A DNA stretch of 64,000 nt from Klebsormidium nitens (Eukaryota; Plantae; Klebsormidiophyceae): contig DF237055.1 of the NCBI GenBank assembly GCA_000708835.1, positions 133,758 to 197,757 of the forward strand, written 5' to 3'. The position numbers and the translations under genes are program-made. Position 1 is the stretch's first letter. Each line of letters begins with the position of its first letter. Positions 23,923 to 34,233 of the stretch are shown piece by piece. The notes beneath the pieces were generated by a model. It did not search any database, was not told where the DNA came from, and saw only the letters and a program-made list of their open reading frames with translations.

Positions 23923-26900
23923 CTATGAGCCATATGCTTGCTGCGCCGGCGGCCGAGTCCCTCCCGCCCCAGACACGTCTTTCAAGGCCCCGGAAACTCT
24001 TTCTAATATCTCGGGTGTGTTGCGCTTGTCAGTCAGCCACAGGACGATCTCGCGGTTCTCCTTGTTCACGAAGTCGGGCGCCTTCTCATTTCTCTGCAAC
24101 AGTAGATAAAAGAAGCCTTTCGAGTGCCAAGCGAAGGATGCTTTTGATCCCAAATTCTAACACGCCTTCAGCTATTGTGATGAGTCGACTTCGAAGCACT
24201 TCGCAAACGCAAGTAGAGACGAGCGTGTTCCACTGCTCATCGACGCTTTCTGCTTAGCAGTCATACACCTCAAGGTAAGGGCTTGAAATAAAAAACACCT
24301 TCGAAGCAAGTCAAGACAAGGAGAAATATGACCAAAGCATGGAGCCGCAAGTCCCTTGCCCCTTTCTCAGCAACGACAACGACCCTTGAAAGCTAGCAAG
24401 CCATACGCGATACGACACCGTGCCCTTAAATTCCTTTCATCCTGCTCAATCCGTACGGGGCCCAGACTGGGCTCTTACCTTGCCGACCCGGTTGTCGTAC
24501 CAATTGTGCGGGTTCTTGAAAACGTCCTCCCACAGATCCATGTACTCTTGCCGCTCCATTTCGGCGACGTACGCAAACCTGGACCAAAGATCGTTGTGAC
24601 GTAAGTTCCTCTAAATGGCGGGTCAAAGGAGTGACGGTTTCCTCTGTGCATCTTGCAAAAGATTCCTCTGAATTGATTTGGGTCAGTACTCGGAAAGCGG
24701 CAACATAATCAACAACCAGGACATTCGAACGGAACGCAAGACGGCGCTAAAGCCGGGACGTGTGCCTATCTTGGCAAGCTTAAAGAGGACGATGCGCTGA
24801 GATTTTGCTGAGGTGTCAAGAATTGCAACACCTGTTTGACAACGGTGCGATCGACGACACGTCGCAGTCGTTTTGGGCGTGCGACCAATCGTTAATTCTA
24901 TTTTGGAAGCTTCGGAAGCTCTCGCGCTTTAATTGACTCACATGTTTTATCCAACACAAACAATTCAAGTGTCTTCGAGATAATTTTCCTTGTTATGGTT
25001 TCCTCCTCACCTGCCGTCTAAGTCTTCCAGCGCTTCTCTTGACACCAGGTAGTCGGGCGCGTTCGGGTCGCTGATCTTGAGGCCTTGTTTCGTCTCCCGG
25101 TGCGTGAAGTCGGGGGCGTCCGGGTATTTCTGCGGGCAAAACAAGGCCTTAGAAACCTGCCGGGTCTACTCCGTTTAGAACCGCTACTCTTCAGAAGGAT
25201 TGCTTGTCCCTCACCCATTAGACTTTCTGTTCCGAGTAGACTTGGCTTTGTCTGAGGCCAATTCGGGTTAGCAGGCACATCAGTAGATACAGAATCTGCC
25301 GCGCAGGAGATAGAAGGTTCAAGTACGACGTTGACAGGTCATATATTTGTCACAAGTGAAAGGAGGCAAATCATGTGCTAGTATGATAAGTCCGGCTTTC
25401 AAATGTTCTAAGACCTGAGGTTGTAATTTTAGATTGTTAAGACGGAATCCTTAAGGCCTCGAGATGTCACAGCTGCGGGCCCATATCGTCATTCGAGAAG
25501 CGCTTGTCATGCTCGCTGGGATACCAACAACTAGAAGGAGGAGACACAATAAAAGGAAAGAGGAAACACCCGCTGGACAAGATGGTAAAACCACCATGGA
25601 AGATTCGCGGAGGTATCAAGTGGAGAGCTTGAATCAAAATCAAATCAAGTCACCGGAAGCCGCACTCAAAGAAAGGGAGAAGACAGAACGAAACACGAGA
25701 ATACGAAGAAGAGGAACTCAACTTGTTTCTCCAATTGTTCCGTACTGTCATTCGACCAAGCCGGTCTTCAAAGGTGCGCACCAGCATGAAAACCGATGAG
25801 CAGATGAAGGGACCGCAGAGAACGAGGACACCTAACAACCGCAGAAGTAGGTGCTATAACGGCAGTCCGAAACCAACTCAGTAGATGAAGACGAGGGTAA
25901 TAAGCCAACCTTGTTTCTCCGGTTGTCCCACCACAACCAATAAAGATAACAAAGTCGGAAAGAAGAGAGATACAGAACGAGAGAACGACAGACGAACAGA
26001 CCAAAATGAAAACGTTCAAAGCCCACCTTGTTTCTCCGGTTGTCCCACCAGGACCCAGGGTCTTCGTACAGGTTCTCCCACATTTCCTCGAGCGTCCAAT
26101 CCATTTGAGGCCCCGCTGACGGGGTTTCCTCCGCCAGGCGGGTCAGGACGTACGGGGGCGTGCGCCGGTCGTCGATCCACAGGGCCTCCTTGGTTTCCTT
26201 GTGCTTGAAGTCGGGGGCGCGCGGATTGGTCTGCAACCAAGAAAATTTCGTTAGGACTTTAAACTAGTGGCCTCAGAAGGGGACTACGAAAACAATTACC
26301 ACTTGAGACAGGAACTCTCCGGATCTTGTAAGTGGCTGGAGACTGTTTGGGCAGGGAATGAAGAAGACGGAAAGTCAAGAGAGAAAGGGAGAGAAATATG
26401 AGCTTGTGAATCAGGGACAATTTGCATGATTCCGGTTTCGAAGTCGACTAGAAAGCCTCCAGGTTTTGATCAAGTCGGAGGCCGCAATTCAATTGAGCGG
26501 AAGATATCCTGAGGGCCAAAATCGCGAATAGCTAAGTACTGAAGAGATCTCTGTGACCAGGTGACGTGAAACGCAAAGATCTTTCCCTCACGCGGACTTT
26601 GCTATATCAAAGCTGCAAATCCTGATCTCGAAACCCTCTCTCCGCCCCCAAGCGCTTATGTTACCCCTCGGTCCAATCAGTGCAAAGACCCAAACCTCAA
26701 GCCAAAAGCCCAAAACCCAGAAACCGGACCCAAACCTTAAAACCCCAAACCCCAAACCCCGAATACCAAACCTTGGACCCTCACCTTGCCCTGCCGGTTA
26801 TCCCACCACTGCGACGGGTCAGCGAAGTAACTCTCCCACATCTCCTCCTTGGTGCGTTGCCCTAAGGGGGCGCTTGTAGCAGGGCCGGCGGTTGAGGTGG

Positions 26901-29900
26901 AGGCGTAACTGGACCCCCCCGAACCGAAACCCCCTCCTTGGGAGGCGTAACTAGGCGCCGCTTGAGAGTTTTCCATGCCCATAGGTTCCGCGACTAGGGC
27001 CAAGTCGTCAGCCACGATCTGGAAACGGGGGGTGAGAGGGTATTGGCGGTTTGCTTTTGAAAGCTGGGATTGAAAGACGTGAAACTGAGCTCTCCGATGT
27101 ACCACGCTTGAAGACTTCGTAAGTCCACTTTCGCGGACTGCTTTTTCGTCACGGTTTGAACGACTTTGCCAAGGAAATTTGTACAAAGTAGAGTAATTTG
27201 CAGCGGTGAAGTAAGTACGGATTTCATACATCCCGCGACTGAAGTCTCGGACTTTCGCCATGGAGAGTCCAAAAAAAATGCCAGTCTCGCTGAGCATCAG
27301 CGCTTCTCTCGTATCTGCGCCCCAACCAGGGCCCCAAAGATGGGAACGTCATCTCTGCTCAGCGCAGCAAAGCATTTCATGGGCGAATGCCTGATGGCCT
27401 TCCACAAAAGGATGCAGCAATACAAGACACGCAGCCTGAGCTCAATCCCCCTTTTCGCATCCGGAACAACCTTCCTTTCTACCAACTGTCTGTAGACCCA
27501 AAACCAAAGAGCCGACTTCAGAGAAGAGTGGAACTATGCTGGCCATTCGCGCGAGCGTCTCATTACACGGGCGCAAGTTCCGCTTCCAAAGCGGGCGGCT
27601 GGACACCATCTCACGAACTCGCATTGCACAGAGAGGAGGCAACGCCAGGACACACTTGCAAGGACGCTCAGTTCGGCATATACGGGGTACTGAATCTCCG
27701 ACACAAGATCAAGGGAGCTAAGCTCGTCATAAGCAGAACCACAAAAAGCCTTTAGCAGCCATGACCCAATCCATAAGGGCACGTATCGGACCACTATGAC
27801 CAATTGGAGACACCGAACATGGACTGCTTGCCAAAGGGCGGGTTGATCAGCTCCGGCCACCAAAAGGATGTGCATGGAGCCATTGCATTGGTTCCAGGCG
27901 GTTAGTGGGTTTGTCATTGCTGCGGGCGCACCTTCTTCGACCCTCCCAGATGCTCGAACCTCAACCGATTGCAACTTCAGCAATAGCATGACAGCACCGT
28001 TGGCACGGGTCTCGAGGCACGACATTGTTATAAACAGCACGTGCTGCGGACATCAGACAGGACTCCAGACGTTCGTTTGACTTATCACCTAAAATACGTT
28101 TTCCATGATATGATTCAAAGGCCACAATTATGACTGAAGACTTGGTCGCCACCACTTCGTTGGCTCCACAAGATGCGCACTGTGCTTCCTGCAGGAATGC
28201 GAGGTATACTGGCCAATGCGCGCCAGTCTTCGCAAATCTCCTCATAGCAACCCTCCAAGCACTCTAGCACAGGAAGCAAACGCAATCAAGCAGAGTTGAA
28301 ATCTTCCCCGCAAATCGAGCGACTCGACCCCGATTTGGTTGGGGCTGCTAGGTTTGGCACCGAGTCTGGATGAATTGGTCACTGCTCCAAACGTGGTTTG
28401 TTTGTGCCCGTGTTTTAAATCTGATAACGTTGAACGGTCACCCAACGCCAATCGCACTTTTGGCCCCTGTGTGATGCAGCCAACAGCAAACGCTTGTTGA
28501 ACAAGTATTCGGCATGTCTGACACTCAATGCTGAAGGCAAAGCTTTTGCAACAGAGCAGCCACCGCTGTGCCAGAACGTTTACTCTCTGCTACATTTTCC
28601 AATCTTGACTTCAAACACGTTTCTAGCGGCATGATATTGACCCTGCTTTTTTGTAGGGCTCAGCCTGAATGGCTAACACACAACCCAGATTCCAATCAAA
28701 GGATTGAAGGCGGGAGAAGAAAAACAGTTCGGTGATTGTGCGGCATCCATGTGGTTTTGCAGAAAAGACGTCATCTTGCTGCTCAGACCTTCGGAAGCAA
28801 GCTCCATTGGCACAGTGATACGGAAAGTGCCAGAGCGCAAAAGTACATCATTGCGCACCCTGGCATCTCTCGACCCAGCTCTTGAAGCACGGTCTAAAAG
28901 ACCAGTACAACCGACCCAAATTTTTTTTGATGGGCCAAAAGCATCCGAACAAATCCCACGCTTTTTAGACCGGTGACTGCTCACTTACACAAATCCTAGT
29001 GCACTCCAATCTGATTCCAGAGATCTAAAAACGTTTATGGTAGCCTAAGGCGCCACCGGTTTCAAATGCAACGACAAAATATGACAGATTTGTTGGGTGG
29101 CAATCGAAGCACACTCACATACAGGGCATCGCCAAGACGGCTCACTGTGCGGCTTCGCAAGCAAGAGTCAGATTCTGCATTGGGATTAGACCATTTACTG
29201 ATCTCGATCTGCTCACGTGTTTCGACACGGGGCTCAGCGAGCGAAGCGACATCCTTCTGTCTGTCAAGTGCAGTTGCCAGTGTTGAAGCGGCCCATCGCT
29301 GCCCATCTTAGAGAAACCTAACAAACGGCAAACCCCTGACAAAGGTGCTGCGGGAATGTTAGCATGGCATCTTGACACGTGCCCACAAAGGGCGGATAAT
29401 CGTGAAGGGGACAGAAAGCCAATTTTTTGTCAAAAAAGGGACTATGCAGGAAGTACGGCCTCCGACAGGCTGATACTCAACTTCGCAAGGCAATACGCAA
29501 GCACAGGAACACGGGATCGGACACATTGTGCAGAAGAGTAAAGAAGGCAAGAACAACGTGGGTTGGGAATAACAAGATGGTTGAAGGATTGTCCACCTCT
29601 ATATGCAGATTACCAACGGCGCTTCACCGACCAGAAAGTCAGGAGTCCAACGATTGACCCCCAGATAACACAAGATGGAATGCAGCCAATTCACGCTACT
29701 CAAGTAAATGTGAAAATCAATCAGTGTGTTGACCCGCTCCTTCCCGCGAGGCAGAGGACTACTTGAATACGTGAGCCCCAGAAGTAAGACCCAAAGGGGA
29801 AGGGTTTGATGCGGCGCAGCGCCCTCTGAGGACGGTTGAAGAACTAGACTCCAGGTAACCGGCAAAATTAGCTCCTCTTCTCCGTCCAAACCGGGCTTCA

Positions 29901-32900
29901 AGCGCAAGATAAGCCCAATACCGAAGTTGCTTTGCAAAACACAAGCGCACAAGTCAAAGCGTCTCAGCATCAGCCCGTGATAAGAAAAAGGACACACTCT
30001 GCCGGGATGAGTGCGATACGTGCCCATCACTGGACCGCAGACTGAAAGATCGTAAACCAGCCGTCGCTTGGCACTTGCAAATATTCAGATTTGTCGGACC
30101 CTGCGAGACCACAGTATTCGAAACGCCCCGTGACGGCAAAGGCTCGACAATAAAACGGCGATGGCGCGTATCGCGCCATCTCAAACTCCGTCATTGCTCT
30201 TGGCCCTGATATGCGTCAGCAAGCCAACTTCCTTCAGACAGCTACATCTACGAAACCCCCACACGAAATATACGAAGCCCATGCGACCAGCAACTGAGGC
30301 GTCGTCTCAAAGCCCTTCTTGTCGACTTTGATATGCGACATACACGAGCTTCTGGTGGTCTCTTTTGAAAAGACGGATCAGTGGAGATAACCGGAAGTCG
30401 ATCAACAAAACGACTATGTTATGTATGTAAGTACGGCAAGGACTTGATTCGGAGTGAGAAGGCATTTCGGCAGAGGTGCCATCTTCCGTCGCAAAATCCT
30501 GGAGCAAAGTTCGCCTGGTTGTCGAAATCAGGGCGCAATAGAAGTTCTACACACATCGACCATATCTTCAACTTCGAACTGAAGTTTATCTGATAGATCG
30601 TCTGATTGTGATCTTTTTTCAAAATCAGACGAGCATGGGCAAACACAGAACACAACAAACGAACAGCCAGCTAACCCACGACTTCTCACCTTGGGCTTGG
30701 TTTTCGTCTCGCCGCTCGTCCGGTCCTGCCACTTGTCGATTTTGAGCCGCCCCTGGACCGCCACTCTAGTTCCCTTCCGCAGCTCCGTTGCCGCCAGCGT
30801 GGCAAGCTCGTTGCCCGGGCTATCCCAGCTCTCGACATCAATCCTGCATCAAAAATGTCCCTTTTGTTAAGCCCGGGTGTTTTGTTTCCGCATACGGTGG
30901 AAGCTGATGCGGAACTTCAAGGAGGCTGTAGGGCTACTCCGACTTTCAATATGTCTCCGTCGGAGAGAACGGTCTGAGTCGAAATCTGGGCGCTTTCCAG
31001 AAAGGGTTAGGTCCCGCTGTATACAAAGAGTGGGGGAGCTTGAGAAGTCCCAAACCTCTGACTTCCTATTCTGAAGAATGTCGTTTTCTGGCCGGCACCC
31101 AGATAGCATTCCAAGACGCCTTTGAGAAAAAGCAGAAAGGAGCTTTGAGTCCCTTACGTGGCTGATTCGGAACGGGATTGTGATCACTTTGAGATTGAGG
31201 CGTGACTCGTATCAAGTATGACGCTGATTTACCATAAACCAAGTCTTCCAATTCGGTAATTGCTGCGTGGCACATTAGGATTGTCGACTCCAGGTTGCGG
31301 TGGCGCTCCAAACTTGACAGAACGAGCGAATTGACGTATCCAATCTTTCGGGGCCCAGCTTCCAATCCTTTCAATATGCCAGATACATTACAAATGGAAC
31401 CCACGGAAACACCCAACTGCAACATGACAATCTACCTCCCAATCAATCTGGTTCCCAGCAAAAGAGAACAAGTCAAACAGGGTTATGCCCCAGGTTGTGG
31501 CAAAAGATTCGATGCAAGGGCCGAGTCACGCACCATTCGGCCTCATCTGGGCTGTCCGAGTTCACGCTCTTGGGCTTGCTGAGCGCGATGCGCATCTTGG
31601 TCACGGTGCGCCCCGTCTCGAGGCGCTTCAGCTCGGGATCGAAGCCAAGGCGGCCCATCACGCGGATGTGGTTCGTGATGTCCTTGCTGAACGGAACCTG
31701 CAAAGCCAGCGGAAGTTGAGCGGATATTTTCAGGGGTATAGCGGAATTCAACGCAAACGAAGCCGAGGCGGCCTATCACGCGGATGTGGTTCGTGACATC
31801 CTTGCTGAACGGAACCTGGAAGAAGGAGCGGATTGCAAGCGGGATTTGGAAACAGCAGCGGGATCCGGACGAAACAAATCCAGGTCGAAGCCACGTAAGG
31901 CACGTCAAGCGGATTTGGCTCATAAAGTTTCTGCTAAATGGAGACTGAAAAAAGGAAGAGACACGCACTTCATCTGAGTGAGGTTATTAAGGAAAGGACT
32001 GAAGAACGGAGCGGCCGTACTTCATGGCGTTTCTGATGGAAAAGTGGAGAAGTGGATATGAGGAAGAAAAGCTGAGGGGAAGCTGGGCGCAATGCCAAGC
32101 GTCCTGATAGAAGGAGTTGACAATGAGACGGCCCCTGACGAGGTCAAACGTTGCTGATGTCCTTGGTGAAGGGAAGTCAAAAGCACAAGCACAAGCGGAG
32201 CGGGGGTGAAACAAATTCATGACTATGTGTAAGTAGGATGGAAAGATTCCAGTACCATCATGCACGACATGGACCTTCGCATGTGCAATCCTTCTCTCGG
32301 GCTTCTACTTCCTTGGATAAAACAAGTCACATTCACTTTGGAAAAGCAGGTTAGATCTTGAACATGACGGTATTAAGAACATGGCACTAGATCTTGTTAC
32401 CCCCTTGATTGAACAAGAGCCCGTCCTTGGTGTTAAACTAAGTACTGACCTCACGAAGGCCCCCTTTGCCGCTCTGACTGGGAGGGCTCGCTTCTTCCTG
32501 TTGGGGGGGCTGGGCATATCCTACGTTCTGCCGGAATTTCCCCGCGAATGATGCCAAAGTCCGGGCTCCATTTGCAGTCCCTGGACGAGTAAAAACTTTA
32601 CTCTAGTTTCCAGTTCGGGGTCACCTTCACAGACCTTGTGCTTCTAATCCAGATCTTGAGACTTGGACTTAACAAAGATCTGCACTTGCTGTCCCTCCAT
32701 AATCTCATACGAAAAGTTAGAGAAAGTGGGTAGCGCACAGTCCACTTGGGAAACTCAGGAGGGGTACCTGCTCATATCAATTGGCATGCGCCCTAGATTG
32801 AAATCTTACTGCTCAGCTTTTCTGGTATCTCGAAGTCAGAAATACTCTAAGAAGGTGTCCGGGCCGAATTTACACAAACCCAATGAATTACAGAGCATGA

Positions 32901-33637
32901 AAGCATGGATGGTGCAATGAAAGGCCTCGGAACGAGTTGCAAATGCACTGACAGCCTGGACAAGGAGGCAAGAGCTTGAACTGGTCATGATTTTTGTGAC
33001 TTGCAGCATACACTTCTCTAAACGTCGCACTTAAGCTGGCCGCAAGAATGAGAGCGCATGAGAGGACGAGGGAACTTGCAAGCCGCAGAGGTGAAGAGCT
33101 TTGTTAGTGGTTTGCTTGAAGAAACTTGAAGGAACTTGCACAGTCTTTTGAAAGAAGTGGCCCTTGCCGCCACAAAGTGCTGAAAAGAGCATCTGAAGCG
33201 GCCCTACAACGGCCTTACAGTTACAACAAAATGCTGGGAATTGTGCGGATTATTGGCTTGCCACATCACCAGTTATTTTTGACAGAGAGAGAGAATTGCA
33301 AAGCTAGCCCGAGAATCAGAGTGTTTGTTGTCACAATTGTTCAAGATGAATGGTGCAGAGAGAAGCTCAAACACGGCCGCTTGCCAGAAACAGAGAATGA
33401 AAATCCAGCAAAACATATGATTGAATAGAAAAGACATTACTCACCTAAGACCTCGGTTTTGAGGCTTGAGAGCTGCAGACTTCTCCCCAACTGGGCGCCC
33501 AACCGACCGAGCATCTTTGAGCGCAACAGTGGTGCGGCAACCACAGGAACCGAGGAGGCTTTGCAGAGCAGATTGGAGGAAGAGAGGGGGGTCAGGGCCG
33601 ATGCCTTGCTCAGAGAAGCGTTCAAGGAAGCGGCCAT
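23923..33637 (-). CDS. OSB: Organellar single-stranded DNA-binding protein, OSB type (transit peptide + SSB OB fold + PDF motifs), ~489 aa
   Basis: 9 exons: 33637-33445, 32580-32450, 31697-31534, 30843-30690, 27018-26785, 26230-26027, 25129-25011, 24578-24479, 24093-23923; phases consistent. Ser/Ala-rich N-terminus; SSB motifs NHIRVMGRLGFDPELK, IDVESWD, KGTRVAVQGRLKIDKWQD; repeated W...WWDNR..K...PDF (WWDNRQGKTNPRAPDFKHK, WWDNRRNKKYPDAPDFTHR, WYDNRVGKRNEKAPDFVNK). Confidence 0.88.
26690..26775. repeat. Degenerate telomere-like (AAACCCC/AAACCCT) tract just after an OSB splice donor
   Basis: CCTTAAAACCCCAAACCCCAAACCCC and flanking variants. Confidence 0.5.
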
Positions 33638-33726
33638 TCTCAACAGTTGCTTACGACTTACACCACCATGACCTTCTGGCAAATTAGGAGCTGGCCGAGT
33701 CGATCACAGCGCGCGCGGCTTGATGC

Positions 33727-33780
33727 AGGGTTTTGGCGCCAAACCCTTCTGAACCCCTTGGAAACCCTAAAACCCCTGAG
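33727..33780. promoter_or_regulatory. Telo-box (AAACCCTAA, 33762-33770) with neighbouring variants in the OSB/NOC2 divergent promoter
   Basis: Exact AAACCCTAA plus AGGGTTTT, AAACCCTT and AACCCCT within 55 bp. Telo-boxes are known in plant ribosome-biogenesis and snoRNA promoters; function here is inferred. Confidence 0.45.
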
Positions 33781-33907
33781 CAAGCTGCATATCCTGCCTC
33801 CACCAGGAAAGTTGTCAACAGTCGAGGCGTGCTGTAGCAACCCTTTTCGCCCGGGGGCTACTTGGAGGTCATCAGCAGATCGCCGGAGAGAAGGTGCAAA
33901 TCATGCA

Positions 33908-33995
33908 ACTGGCGTCGCAGCCAGGATTTGAACCCGCGATCTATCGTGAGTCGATGTTCGCAGAGTCCCTCGGTCTTACCACTAGACCATCCCCG
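33908..33995 (-). tRNA. tRNA-like element (pseudo-tRNA or SINE head); isotype not assignable
   Basis: Minus strand TGGTCTAGTGGTAAGAC (A box, D arm with 4-bp stem) and GCGGGTTCAAATCCTGG (B box, T arm), ending CTGCGACG-CCA. Acceptor stem and anticodon arm do not pair canonically. Confidence 0.45.
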
Positions 33996-34233
33996 AAGAG
34001 GGGTTGCCACCGGGCCATTCATTCAACGTAGTGTACCATGCATTGGCATGGCATTGCGTGTTCATACTTCGTCTTGTGAACAGCATCGCTATTTGCAATT
34101 GGCGCAACAGGCAAAAGCTAGGCGAGAAAGACGAAGGAAGCCATGCTTTGAGCAAGCTGAAGAGCATTTCACATCTTGTCTGAGGGTTGAACAGATGATG
34201 CGGTGAGCAGCGGTGTCTTAAACTTCGTTCACA

